This document shows, in pieces, positions 14,528 through 28,614 of a stretch of 64,000 nt of DNA; within the stretch, counting starts at the first letter, position 1; each line of letters opens with the position of its first letter. Location: NCBI RefSeq assembly GCF_006345805.1, contig NC_043003.1, positions 20,150,001 through 20,214,000 on the forward strand, written 5' to 3'. A program made the translations under genes and the position numbers. The notes beneath the pieces were generated by a model that was not told the origin of the DNA, made no database searches, and saw only the letters and a list, made by a program, of their open reading frames with translations. The stretch is from Octopus sinensis (Eukaryota).

Positions 14528-14981
14528 AATAATAATAATCACCATTACCACTAAAAGCATCGGAATCATTATCATCATTATAATTGACTTACTCATCATC
14601 ATCGTCATCACCACCACCACCACCACCACCAAAAACAACACCAACAGCACCACCACCAAAAGCAGCAACAGCAGCACCACCAGCACCAGCAGTATCACTA
14701 CTAACAATGTTTTCATCATCATCATCCTCATTCATCTGCACCTGCACCACCACCACCACCACCACCATCCTCCTCCTCTTACTCCTTGTCATCATCATCA
14801 TCATTACCGTCGTCTTCACTGTCTTTGTTATCATCATCATCATCAGCAGCAGCAGCAGCAGCAGGAATAGCAGTTGTATTAAACACTATCACGACCATTG
14901 AAACTACCACCACCACCACATCATTGAAACCACTACGACCATTACCAACACCACCGACATTATTAGCATCAGTAACACCAG

Positions 14982-15012
<31 letters not shown>

Positions 15013-15113
15013 GTTGTTGTTGTTGCTGTTGTTGTTGTTGTTGCTGTTGTTGTTATTATTATTATTTTTATTATTATTAGCATCACTATCACCATCATCA
15101 TCATCACCATTAC

Positions 15114-15163
<50 letters not shown>

Positions 15164-15220
15164 ATTATTATTATTACAGTTGTTGTTCTTGCTGTTGCTG
15201 TTGTTGTTGTTGTTGTTGTT
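14300..15220. repeat. Compound trinucleotide array (AAT/GAT/CAT/CAC/CAG/TTA/TTG)
   Basis: Seen directly; it produces homopolymeric ORFs in all frames. Confidence 0.95.
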
Positions 15221-15528
15221 TACAAATGCAATTCAAGAGATTCAGGAGCGTTAATATTTGTAAAGACCCCCAGAAAACTCAGTGGTATGTTGTGTGGATA
15301 TCAATTTAATAACTTAGTAACCTTAGGTCGCGGATATTGATTAAATATCAGATGTTTTCTATACCAGATTATACACGATACCGTACTATTTACGCAGAAC
15401 AAGGTATTAATCTTCTATTTCTTTCTGGTTGCATTTATTAACTGCTCCTGCAGCCCTACGTACACACATCAATAGACTTTTACCCGCATATATATACATA
15501 CAAACCTGTACATACATACATACATACA

Positions 15529-15562
<34 letters not shown>

Positions 15563-16305
15563 CATACATACATGTATATATATACATATATATATATATA
15601 TATACACGCTGATACTTAGGCATAGACACGTACACACTCAACAGTATATATATGTATATGCATAAACATGCATAGATACGTATATACATAATACATGTAT
15701 ACAAACATGCATACATTCATGCATATACATATAGCCGGACACACACATATTTATATGTAGCATAGCAAATACGAATAACAAATGAGAACAAAAGTTCAAG
15801 AAACTTTCGCAGGTAATGTTATTAGGTTCAAACTTAAAGAACGTGAAAAAGTAATTGATTAAACAAAAGTAGGACGTTTTGGAAGATAGTTCTTTGTCGA
15901 TAATAGAGAAAAGTCCAGGAATGATTGAAAATAGAAGGAAGTGATAAAATGAAGAAACAAATGAGGTATGACTCAGGAAATAAAAAAATGAGTTGCGCCA
16001 TCTGTGTATCATACAAAATGTAATATACTTCGTTAGAAAGCGTGGAGAATTGTCTAATATAAAATATCTTGAGAGACTTATTGCGTTAAAAACAATATAC
16101 ATATCGCAGAAAAACGAACATCATTACCGCAGTGACTTACGATGCATTTATATATCTGGTTGTCACAATATTTTGTGATAACCAGTACTTAACACAACAA
16201 AGTTTTTACAAAGCTTTTACATTTTACTTTTGACAATCTTTTTCTAAAAAAGTGAGACCGGTTAAAATTGTATTTTCAAACCTTTCATATATATACATAC
16301 ACACG

Positions 16306-17520
16306 CAAGGCGCGTAAGATATTTGATGAGGACATACATTTTTGGTCATTCATGTATTTTTTGTTTACTCTACATAATATTTGTTTCCGAAAATAATAAT
16401 GGCAGACCTTCAGCTTACTCAAGAAGTGAAGGGGCATGTTGTTATCACGTCTATAAAGGCTGAGCATAGCTATTTAGAAATATCTCGACTTTTAGAAGTC
16501 GCTATATCTTTCGTCTACAAACGTAAGGAATTAGAGATAGAAGATGGAAGTGTATCACCAGTATTAAAGCGTAAAATGTATTCTAAACGCTCTGAAATCA
16601 CCAGAACACCTAAAGTTATTCAGCAAGTTAAACATGCCTATGATTACAATCCCAGAAAACCTACAAAGTCGACTGCAAAAGATCTCAATGTGTCAGAAGA
16701 AACAATCAGAAATGTTGTCCACGAACACATCTGATATAAGTCTTATTTGATAAGGTAAGGTCAATTTAAGTCAATGAACGCAAAAAAAAATCGCTACATC
16801 AAATCTAAAAGGATCTCAAACAAAATGAAAGATGCAGCAGAAGATCAAAAAGTTCGACCAAGATCAAAACGTTAATAGAAGAAATGACAGATGGTTATTT
16901 TGTAGACCCTTCTGAAGTTCCAAGAGTTACGCAAACAAAATTTCCTGCAACTGTCATGGTTTTAGGGGTTGTTAACAATGAAGGACATGTGAGTCTTCCT
17001 TATTTCATTCCACAAGGAATTTCTGAAAAAAAATTGTTAAGTCCTGGATAGCAATGAAAGGCCACATATGTTTCAGCAAAACTCTGCACCATCACGCAAG
17101 GCTCAAGTAACGTAGGAATGGATGGCCGAACATTTTCATGATTACATAACCCCTAACATTCCCCTATTACCTAACATTCATAATTCCCCAGATCTCAATC
17201 CGTTGGATTATTACGTGTGGAGCATTGTTGAGAGAGAGAGTTCAATGGACACGCCGAAAACACCAAACATTCTTTGAAAGCCGCCATAATAAGAGTGACG
17301 TCCAAAATGAACCAGGACTACTTGATTCACGCATGTACATGATTTAAATCTCGTATAGAAGCAGTTATTGAAGCTGAAGGTGGCTTTATTGAATGACATT
17401 ATAGAAAAGAAAGTTTATTTTTATCCTCATAGCATTTTTTGATTATAAAGTTATTTATTATTATATATCTGTTTTCTTTTTATGAACGTGAATCTGTCTT
17501 CAAATATCTTACGCACGTTG
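16306..17520 (+). mobile_element. Tc1/mariner DNA transposon, DD37D (maT)-like, decayed transposase (~16399-17396)
   Basis: TIRs caaggcgcgtaagatatttga / tcaaatatcttacgcacgttg followed by TA. Translation gives an HTH region (..RKPTKSTAKDLNVSEETIRNVV) and FQQNSAPSRKAQVT*EW..NSPDLNPLDYYVWS..EAEGGFIE*. Spacing is consistent with D37D once a small insertion is allowed for. Confidence 0.9.
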
Positions 17521-17526
17521 TATATA

Positions 17527-17569
<43 letters not shown>

Positions 17570-17641
17570 GTATACATATATATATGTGTGTATGTGTGCG
17601 TACGTGTGTATATACACGCGCACATAAATATATATATATAC

Positions 17642-17705
<64 letters not shown>

Positions 17706-19359
17706 CTTATGACTCGCCCACTTAAAATCTAATATGACCCATCTTTGAAAATGTTTTTTTTTTCTCATAAATACTTCGTGGCAAATATTAAAACCTGTTC
17801 CAGAAAAAGGATTTTAACGATGTATATCCTTCATTTGAGAAGCATTTATAAAAGTCAATAATTTTTTTTCCTTTCATGTACCTATCTTTACATTTATCAT
17901 TTGATTGCAAATAGATAACTTCCACTTGAATATCTGATAGAAGTGTCTTAACAATGGAGACAAATGGGTTTTGAAAGATTCTTGATGCTTTAGATTTTCA
18001 TTGATACCTGAAAAACGTATCTTCAGACTAGTGAGAATGTCGTAAGTAAATTCGAAAAACTAACAAAATAATAAAAAAATAACCGAAAAACCTCGGAAAC
18101 TACGCAACAAAAAACATGGAGGCGTATTTGTTTGTTTTATTTTTCGCTGTAGGGAAAGGGATTATTTATCATAGGCGAGTGAATAAAGTGAATTTATATC
18201 TAAAAGCTTTCACTGAAGTATATATGTCGCATATAATCTCAGCAAACCCTCATAAGATAAGATTGAACTTATGGAAATGTGATTTTAAGTCAGTTACGAA
18301 TGCTGATTCTATAGTAACCACTGATTTTTCATAATTAAAAACACAACCCTCAGTCGCCCTCCGAAGTTCAGAAGATCGTGAGATAACTTACCACCACCGA
18401 ATCCCCTTACAGTCGTGTGGTAGGCAAAACTATATTGTTCTTCCCCGGAGTGCATACAATTGAATAATATTCATTATTAACTGCCAACGTCTCTCCCATA
18501 TGGCAGATTTAAATGTCCCTACCAGTAAAGAGCCAGTGAAACACATTATATATTGTATGTCCCACATCGAAACAAGTCTCGTTCAGCGAAATCTTTTCCT
18601 ACACCCCATATATTTTTCACTATCAACTGTATTACATTTTGACTTTTTTTAAAAACGATATTGCTTATTCAGTATTTTCTCAAGTTATAAAATATCTTCC
18701 CCTGTTGATCTATGAATGTTGCTCGCTGAAGCTGGTTCTATCGTCACTTCAAAGTTAACATTAATTCCCCGGACGAACAGTAGGAAAATCGAAATGTCAC
18801 ACACATCTGTTGATTTATGAAAAGCTAGTAAAATCACTGAAAATCCTGTACGCCATTGCTTTGCAGGCATTAGATGCTGTTTTCTATGTATTTGATACTC
18901 CAAGTATATCTTTTTGTATAAAGACAAATATTCGTGAATAAATCTATCTTTTTCTTATACTTCATTCTACAGCTGTTGCTTTTATACAAATTTTATTCAA
19001 TTCTTTCTTAGTTAAGAAATAAACTAATCATTAATCTGCTTTTGTTACAATATCATTATTAGCATTTATCTTAAAGAAAATTATCGCCGTGATGAGAAGT
19101 TATTTGAAGATTTCATATTTCTCACGACGAAGCTTCTAGTGAGATGGTGATTATTAGATGAATGCTTCATTTAGAAATACCTACATCTGTGATTCATTCC
19201 ATGCCCTTGCAAAAATTTCATCGCAAATTACCCACAATAACTTTTTCTCAGTTACTAAATATCCTATACTTTAATGTTATTTATGCGACAACCATATCAA
19301 GTTTGCTTCTTTTCTCTTCTGCGGTAATGACACCCCCAACACTCACACACACACACACA

Positions 19360-19416
<57 letters not shown>

Positions 19417-19595
19417 TACACACAGAGTCGTAGGCACACATACTTATAGTTATAGGGCACGTGATCTTACAATGATCTTACAAATTCAGTGAAATACAGG
19501 TTGAAGATGGATATTAAATATAACAATATTTGAAATCAAAACGTTAATAAAATTAAGCTATATGTATAAAATATTTTGTAGATAATTTAATATAC

Positions 19596-19880
19596 ATAGT
19601 TATCGCCAAACTAACATGGCAGTCCAGAAAAATAGGACGAATACTGCCGTTGATTAGCTCCAAGAGGCCCTCGCCACTAGCTAACTATGTGACACACAAA
19701 ACTGTGTCCGTTATAACCTTCGAACAGGGGAGGTCAGCAGCTTCCCCTTGCTGGTCTGGCATCCACAGACTAGTTTCGAGGTACTTGCCTCTTATCAATA
19801 TGGAGTAGCCGAACCCAGCTAACCAACGGTAGCATTCGTCCTATTTTTCTGGACTGCAATGTGAGCTTGGCGATAACTAT
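19596..19880. mobile_element. Inverted-repeat cassette (~63-bp arms) enclosing a hammerhead ribozyme; probable PLE pLTR derivative
   Basis: Arms atagttatcgccaa..gtccagaaaaataggacgaat..ccgttg..tagct / agcta..caacgg..attcgtcctatttttctggac..ttggcgataactat. Confidence 0.75.
19762..19804 (-). ncRNA. Minimal type-I hammerhead ribozyme, U3:A8 core variant
   Basis: Minus strand: tccata-TTGATAA-gagg caagta cctc-GAAA-ctag-TC-tgtgga. Stem I is 6 bp (one G.U), stem II 4 bp, stem III palindromic, cleavage triplet GUC. Confidence 0.75.
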
Positions 19881-20627
19881 TAATATCCAGTACCGCTGTC
19901 ATAGTCTCCTTTAGAGAGAATTAGAAATAATGATATTTCTATTAATATACATATTTTCATGTTTGTAAGTCAAATGTTGTGATCCTATGTTACTATAATT
20001 TATTTTACTTACTCACATGGTCTGGCAGAAAGGGATACGACAATTTTGCATCTCGATCAACTTAAACGTGTTCAAACAACGAAAAGTTTGGGTAGAAAAA
20101 TACGATTTTCCTTAGTTTTATAGTATATAAAAACAAAATGGCTGCTACAGTACAAATCACTGATTGGTTATTAAAAAAAAACGGGCAACAACTGAAAATG
20201 TCACCTTTTAAAATGGCAACTTTTCCGAAAAAGTTAACCGAACATATTCAGCTTCCATAATGAAAAAGAAAGTGATGATGATGACGATGATGATGACGAT
20301 AATGATGATAATGATGATAATGATGATGATAACATTAATAATAGTATTCCCTTTTACTATAGTCACAAAGTCCGTAATTTGGGCGGAAGGGCTAATCGAT
20401 TACTTTACTAGTACTTATTTTATCGATCCCGAAAGGACGAATGGCAGAATTCAACTCGGTGGAATTTGAATTCAGAAAGTAAAATCGGAAGAAATGCAGC
20501 ATGGTGTCCAGTGAGCTAATGATTCTGCCAGTGTGTGCCGCTTTAACAAGGACGACGACAGCGATAACAATAATAATGACAGCAGCAACAAAAACGGTAA
20601 CGATGACAACAACAACAACGATAATAA

Positions 20628-20857
20628 TATGGGATCTATAAGCAAAGCTGTATGCAATTGGTTGAAGGAGATTGGAAGGAGATGGGAATAGAAAGCCCTG
20701 CAGAGATCCTAAAGTTTGCTTCTTAGGGGCAGATTATCAGGAGAGTCTTAACCACTTGAAAGACTATTGAAAGATTAAGGAACCTAAGGTTACGTGGAGT
20801 AACCTGCGACACGCAAATTCCATCAGGCAGGAATAACAACAAACCTGAGTCAAATCA
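20628..20857 (+). mobile_element. 3' end of an R4/Dong-like (RLE) non-LTR retrotransposon inserted in (TAA)n
   Basis: Decayed translation GSISKAVCNWLKEIG..(fs)..IIRRVL resembles the R4/Dong C-terminus (LG...K.L..WL..IGI...LLG...I.RRVL). It is followed directly by (AAT)n, the known Dong target. Confidence 0.55.
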
Positions 20858-20866
20858 ATAATAATG

Positions 20867-20916
<50 letters not shown>

Positions 20917-20917
20917 T

Positions 20918-21127
20918 CCAAATTTTGGCACAAGGCCAGAAATTTCGTGGGTGGGGTAAGTCGATTGATTACAACCCCCCAGTACTCAACTGATACTTAT
21001 TTAATCGACCCCGAAAGGATAAAAGGCAAAATAGACGTCGGCAGGATTTGAACACAGAACGTAAAGACGGACGATATCTCGCTAAGCACTTTGGCCGGCG
21101 TGCTAACGATCCTGCCAGCACGTCGCC

Positions 21128-21128
<1 letters not shown>
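20918..21128 (-). mobile_element. SINE family B monomer embedded in (AAT)n
   Basis: Reverse-complement match to the monomers at 6547-6964. Confidence 0.8.
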
Positions 21129-21198
<70 letters not shown>

Positions 21199-21931
21199 AT
21201 AACAATTATAAAAATAATTAAAATGATGAATAAAAACAAAATTATGCTAATAATAATGTCAATAACAACAATCATGATAATAATACTACTAATAAACATA
21301 GAATAATGATGAAGATGATAATAATAAGAAAAGCTAATAATGTTAATAATAGTAATGACAATAATAACGATAATGATGAGGATGATGATGATGATGATGA
21401 TAATAAGAATAATAAAATTAATAATAAAAATGATAATAGTAATTATGATAATGATAATAAATAATATCAATAATAAATAAAACATTAATAACAATTTTCG
21501 TTAACCTATAATCAGATTAATGTAAGTATTTTATATCCTCATAAACACATACACACATACACACACACGCACAGAGAAATACAAGAATCGTGTGGAAAAT
21601 TTTCAAAACCTACGAGAAAATATCATGCAAATAATATAAAGAAATCAAGTAATTCATTTTGTCAGAAATCATTGTCAAAGATTGAAATTGGATTGACAAT
21701 TAAATTGGTGGAATTCAGATTAATATTCATTAAGTGATAATCTTTGAGAGTCAATTTATAGTGTACTCAAAAACATTTAATCAGACATATATACATACAT
21801 GCATATATACGCCTATAAACACTCATGCAAACATACATATTAACATAAAAAATATATACATACATCCCAAAATAATATATATATATATATATATATAATA
21901 TGATATAATTATATTCTATAATACATATATA

Positions 21932-21980
<49 letters not shown>

Positions 21981-22197
21981 AGTGGATGTAGAGAATATTC
22001 GTATAATAAATATAATAAAATATATACACCATATATATAATATATTGTGTATATATATATACGTATATATATAAATATACACACACACACATATGTATGT
22101 ATGTATGCATATATATACATATATATATATGTGTGTATATATATATGTATATATATATGAATACATACATATATACATACATATATATACATATATG

Positions 22198-22249
<52 letters not shown>

Positions 22250-22864
22250 TATATCCATGTATGTATGTGTGAGCGCATGTGTGTTGCATGATAAGGATTA
22301 GTGTTAAGGTTTCTGAGCAAAGTGAATAGTTGATTGAGATTAATTGCATTGTAACACGCAAAATCTTCCAGAAGCATTTTCTCTTACCCATCAGCATACT
22401 TACACACATAGAACTGTATACCATATCGTACAGATGCACATGCACACACAGTCATACTTGCATACACATACAGAAGCTACCGATTCTTGCATATATACAA
22501 ACATACATCCTCATATATATATATATATATATATATACAACGTGGCTCCCACTTTCAAGCTGGTAAGATTTGATACAATATATTACCCTTCTGCTTGTTG
22601 CCCTAAGTGGTCATGTACTGACGAGTAGACATAAATACTATCATCCCCCGCTTGAACCCGGTAGAACATCGGGGATGGGAAAACTTGAGGAAGTGTGAGA
22701 GAGAGAGTTTCACCAGCAGTCTGTTGGAATTCAGCTTTCCGTTGAGCAGACAAGAGCAACGCGAAGTAAATTACCTGGTTCAAGAACACAACGCGTCACC
22801 GCCTCGTACACGGCAGAACGCACGATTTCACTACTTCACCCCCCCCCATATATATATATCTGTA

Positions 22865-23270
22865 TTTTACTTGTTTCAGTCATTTGACTGCGGCCATGTT
22901 TGGAGCACCCCCTTTAGTCGAGCAAATCGACTCCAGGACTTATTCTTTGTAAGCCTAGTACTTCGTATTCTATCGGTCTCTTTTGCCGAACCGCTAGATT
23001 ACGGGGGACGTAAACACACCAGCATCGGTTGTCAAGAGATGTTGGGGGACAAATACAGACACACAAACATACACACACACATATATATATATATATATAC
23101 ATATATACGACGAGCTTCTTTCAGTTTCCGTCTACCAAATCCACTCACAAGGCTGAGGTCGGCCCGAGGCTATAATGGAAGACACTTGCCCAAGGTACCA
23201 CGCAGTTGGACTGAACCCGGAACCATGTGGCTGGTAAGCAAGCTACTTACCACACATCCACTCCTACGCC
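22865..23270 (-). mobile_element. SINE family A, full-length
   Basis: Matches the family A head, central microsatellite and tail. It explains the 207-aa ORF at 22652. Confidence 0.85.
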
Positions 23271-24723
23271 TATGAATACAGAAAACAAAACAAAAGAAAA
23301 CAGGTAGACAAAAAAAATAAACAGGTATACCTAGAAATAGTACTTCAAACCTGAAACTCGCTCTAGCATTAATTATTGCGTGAAAGAAATTTAGTTGAAG
23401 TTATCTATATACTGTACAAAATGTTTTGAGTGTTCTCCTCATTCGTCGAAAATATGCAACTTTTTAATACACATAGGCACATGTAGTCTATAATCTTGTT
23501 ACATTTAGAATATATTTTTTACGAAGTGTGAGAAAACAACCAAAGTAGCATGGAGATCATCGGCAATTGTTTATACAATGTATAATCCCATGCAAGATTC
23601 ATATAATTAATGTCTCAGAAATAACACACCTCAACACCGAAAATGCCAAAATGTATCAACATACTAACTTTATGGGAAAATATTATCGGTATCGCTTGTA
23701 TATAAATTACACTCTACTGATATGGCCCAAGTATGTTAAAACTCTGTATATGACATAATTTATATTCAGATAAAGAATATATCCACCATTACTCTCCTAT
23801 GCCATCTGGAAATTAAAAGGATCTCCTATACAGAAGAAAGTAAATCTATTGTTCAAAAAGCCATAATATGCTAGATGTAACATACCCGGTATACTATAGG
23901 CATCATGCAAAAATGTACTTGATCTTAATGGCAGCAGGTAATGTTAAAATAGAGAGACGAGACATTGTTCAGTTTTCTCAGAAGACGGAAAACACTTTCG
24001 TAAAGACTTCGGAATCCAAGCGAATTAAAATAGTTTTCTATCATAACATTTGCGATGTAGAGTAATCTTCTCTTTGCCCCCAGCAAAATTCGGTAGCGTA
24101 ATTTCTGTTACAAGCGAAGTGAATATTGAGTCGTCCTTCTATGAAACATCAGCTTAAACTATTATTAGAATACATTAAGAAGTAGAGTTGATGGGAATCT
24201 GAAATACCGTGTAATGTTTTCCTTTACATTTCAATTTGCCATTCATTTCTGAGGATCATGTGGTCGCTTGCTCCGCTAGAATTAGAAGCCAAATTTTTCC
24301 CTCAATCAACATACGATCGTTTTTAAAAAATACGAAGACACAGTGAGTAAATAACGTTTAGATAAACTCTTTGGATAAAAGCGAGAAAATCACGACTTTA
24401 ATTCGTTTGATCACAGATCTAATAGGATATCTTTTATCTGAAACCTAAACGACAAGACAAGCCATAACAAATTCAACATATCTTCTGGAATCTTACATAT
24501 TTGTTAGTGCGTATGCATAAGTGTTGTTTTTAGTTTGGATGCAAAGGAAATCAATTGAATGGCTTTTGTAAATATATATATATATATATATATATAGCAT
24601 AATACGTTATACATGTATGTATATTCTTGTAATTGTCAGTTTAGTAAATAAATAAATAAGTTGACATAATATAATGTCTAAAAGTTGATGAACTACCTAT
24701 TGACCCCCTCCATTTTCTTATTG

Positions 24724-24805
<82 letters not shown>

Positions 24806-25682
24806 AGAAAAATAAATTTAAAGAATTTTAAAGGTTATTGGAGAACTGGAATGGTAAGAGTGGCACTGCAAGGACGAAACTGTAAAGTTAATGTACAGAA
24901 AAGTGTAGAAGCCTATGATGGGAGATAGGAATGAAATGGGTGGTTGAAGGTATGAAAATAGGAAGAAAGATCCGCTGTCTACTAGAAGAGTAAATTTGTA
25001 CTTATGTATATATACGCCTCCAAACTCATGCACCTACGCATCACCATATTTACATATATATTTTTACGTACAGAAACACACACACGCACACACACATTCA
25101 CACATGCTCACAATATCTGTCTATATACGCATTCTCTCTCTTTCATCCCATCTCTCTTACAAACACAAATATATGTCTACATACTCACCTCCTTTGAGAT
25201 CCCAATGCTGGATGAAAAAGGATGAAGGCTACAAATGATGTTTTCAATCTAAAGAGAATACATAAATTTGACGTGGTTACTTGATTAATTTTATTTGTAC
25301 CACAATGAAAAGGTAATACATATATGATTTATGATATAAAGGAACCAGCTCAACAAAATAACCAAACAAGAATCCTACATATGTTTCAATCAGGCGTTAG
25401 GTTTGACTCGTTAATATTCAAGCGATTATAAAATTTAAAAAAAAGCCACATTTAGTCGGATATCTTCAGGGACAGATGTGTATTTTCAGGTGGTGAACAA
25501 CGAAATAATAAGGCGAGGGCCGTGTTTTCAAATAATCAAACGTAAACAATAATTTATTAGGACACATTATTGGACTGTATATACATATAAACTATGGAGT
25601 TTTGTTTCAATATATTTGATAATATCAATTGATATCCGGATTGTTGTAATCCCTTACGAGGAAATTACAACCTCAATATTTG

Positions 25683-25750
<68 letters not shown>

Positions 25751-25752
<2 letters not shown>

Positions 25753-26120
25753 AAATGTTAGCGCTCAGCAGTGTTAAGGCGTAAGAATCATATTGGTTGC
25801 TTGAAATATGCTTGTGACATATTTCAGCTGCTGAAAGGAAAATTCACTGCAGTTGCCGTGGACAAAAAATTATTTCTCTTAGGGTAAAAAGATGTGAAAA
25901 CACTGCTTTTTTTCCAGTGTCGCCAGCTATCAGGAATGCCAGACGTCGATGTTTCAAGTTTTTTGACTCTTGCCAATGGGATGTACCTAAGAAACGCAAA
26001 TCTGAACAAGCTTATAAAGCAATAAGCATTATGTAAAATACAGTCAACGTTGTTGACAGATTTGCGCTCGTAGATCGCCCGATCGTGGAAAAGTAACGAA
26101 ATGTTAGTGCCAAGCAGTGT
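25751..26120. mobile_element. (TA)n-flanked cassette with 24-bp terminal direct repeats
   Basis: agaaatgttagcgctcagcagtgt (25751-25774) and cgaaatgttagtgccaagcagtgt (26097-26120), with (TA)n on both sides. Confidence 0.55.
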
Positions 26121-26159
26121 ATATATATATATATATATAATATATATATATATATATAC

Positions 26160-26840
26160 ACATCACATCTTTACACATCACATCACATATGATGTGCCAT
26201 ACTAATACACACACCAACTAATACATACTAATACGTACTAATACATACTAGTACATACTAATACTTACACCAACCCTATACATACACACGTCCAGACCCC
26301 CGCATACGCACTTATACTCTCTCACACACACACACACACACACACCTATACATACCAATACGTACTAATACATACTAATACATACTAATACATACACCAA
26401 CCCCATACATACGCACGTCCAGACCAATCTTACGCACTAATACTCTCTCATACACACACACACACCCGTATACATACTAATGCATACACCAACCCTATAC
26501 ATACACACATCCAGACCCCTCCCACGCACTTTTAGCTGGTCACTCAACCCTTTTATCAACCCTATTATCTCCCCTTATTTCGCTCTCGCGTCTCATGTTT
26601 GATCTTTGACCTCTGGCCGAAATCAGATCGCCATGTTGATTCGTTAGCTACTGCACGCATTTTTTTTCTCTCCTTCTTTCTGTGTTTTTCTCTCTCTGTG
26701 TATCTTTCTGTTGAAGAGCGTAGGCTCGAAACGTTAAAGACTTGTTTTATTTATATTTCCTGAGCGCCATACTAATACAATTGTTCGTTTGTCTTCCACC
26801 TGCCTTCGTCTTTTGTTTATTTTCATAAAGCTTCCCGTTA
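26160..26840 (+). mobile_element. (TA)n-flanked PLE-type cassette with ~120-bp x3 internal tandem repeat and hammerhead-like motif (26703-26740)
   Basis: Units ..catacaccaaccctatacatacacacgtccagacc.. repeat three times. Motif tcttt-CTGTTGA-a-gagc gtag gctc-GAAA-cg-TT-aaaga; the same family occurs at 35052-35087 (minus). Confidence 0.6.
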
Positions 26841-26865
26841 TATATATATATATATATATATAAGT

Positions 26866-27128
26866 GAAGGCTCGTAAGGTCGTGAGCTTAATTCCCGGTG
26901 ACGTATTGTGTCCTTGAGCAAGACACTTTATTTCCCATTGCTCCAGTCCACTCAGCTGGGCACATTCTGTGTCACGCTGAATCTCTCTAAGAACTACGTT
27001 AAGGGTACACGTGTGTGTGGAGTGCTCAGCCACTTGCGAGTTAAATCCAGTTACGACGACGAGGGTTCCAGTTGATCCGATCAACAGAAGAGCTTATATA
27101 CCCCTCGTCGTTGTAACGGACAGAGTGC
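26866..27128 (+). mobile_element. 5'-truncated chimeric family C SINE
   Basis: The 5' part matches the 54811 subtype (gtccttgagcaa..ctccagtccactcagctg); the 3' part matches the 11611 subtype (tctgtgtcacgctgaat..gaactacgttaagggtacacgtg..cctcgtcg). Confidence 0.7.
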
Positions 27129-27163
<35 letters not shown>

Positions 27164-28614
27164 ATACATACACGCATATATCTAAGAAATGGTGAGATGT
27201 TGGAGATGCTGCTTCATGCGTCTGGGTGAGAAAGAAATTTGAGTAAAAATTGACCCTGTATGTATTTCCTTTGCCCCAAGTCTTTTTAGTAACCGAGCAT
27301 TCAACCATTTTTATTTTTTTTTTGGTGGGGGGTTATGATTTGGTCTTCCTCAGATCAGCTGACGTGTATCTTGCTCCGAATATGACTATTCCTCTTTCAA
27401 GTTGTACATTATCTCAAATTGTACAACTCTGATCTTACTGACAACCTCTACTCGCGTCTCTAACACCATCGTATACTGTATCACTTACAGTAATTGATTG
27501 GTAAATTCGGTCACGATTCTGTTTGCTTGTAAAAAGATCTCAACTTTTTTCTCTCTTCTTGAAGTAGGACAAGCATAAGAAGAGTATCAATTCTCTTGTT
27601 TCACGTGTTATCTACTTGTTATTAGTTTGTTAATACAGAGAATGTGACTAGAAATGAATGGTAGATCGAGGTATAAAGGAAAACATTGCACGATAGCTCA
27701 GATTTTCCTCAGCGTAATGCGTTCTGATAAATGTTTAACCTTGTGTATCATAGAAGGATGACTCATTATTCCCTCTGCTCTTTGCTTGTAACAGAAATTA
27801 ATCTACCGAATTTTGCTTGGGGCAAAGGGAAAATTATTCTATTTTCCGATGGCTTATAACGTAAACCAACATTTGAGACTCTTACATTTCTTTTTGCCAA
27901 CGCAGAACATCAGTAGTTGCCACGGATTTTAGTTTTATTTTGGTTATATATTTGTAGTTTTTGTTCTCAGCCTCTTGTTTCGTCGCCGACTTTTGTGCCC
28001 GATTTCAACTGCATTTTAATCATGTTACACTGACATCTTAAAACATCTTTTCCTCTATCTCCATCTTTATTAATCGTCTTTCATTTCCTTTCATTATTCA
28101 ATATTTCACTATCTCTCTCTTCGTTTTTCTTATATTTCCTGTTATATATCTTCTCATATTTCCCCTCTCTTCATCCCAGTCTAATTCCCGATCTAATTTC
28201 GCGACATTATTCTTTTTGTTTTCCGTCAATTGTTAATTTGTTTCTTTATTCTCCTTCTTCTGTTTTCGTTGTTTTTCCATTTGTATCTTCATCTACTTTC
28301 TATTTCTATGACTGCGTTTGCATTTCTCTTTCTCTCTCTGTCTTTTCCTCGTTTTTCTTCTTACTTCTCGCCTTGCCTCAATTTATAGTCTAAATGTGTG
28401 TCATTCTCTAATTTTTTCTTTCTTGGTAGTCATTGTACTTCTATTAATTTTGTGTTTGATAATCCTTAATTTTCTCAACTTTTCCTAAATTTTTAGATTC
28501 GTTCCTTTATTAAAGTTTCTTTTTTTTTCTCTCTCTCTAATCTCCCTCGTTTCATTCATATCGCACTCTTTCTTTCTTACATTTCTTTTTCCTGTATCAA
28601 TATTTAGCCATTCT

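Noticed and set aside
14276-15340. Poly-I/N/D/H/L/Q ORFs
   Set aside because: Compound trinucleotide repeats with no domain content.
22652-23275. 207-aa ORF and the recurring [15 protein letters not shown] peptides
   Set aside because: Read-through of SINE family A copies, not a gene family.
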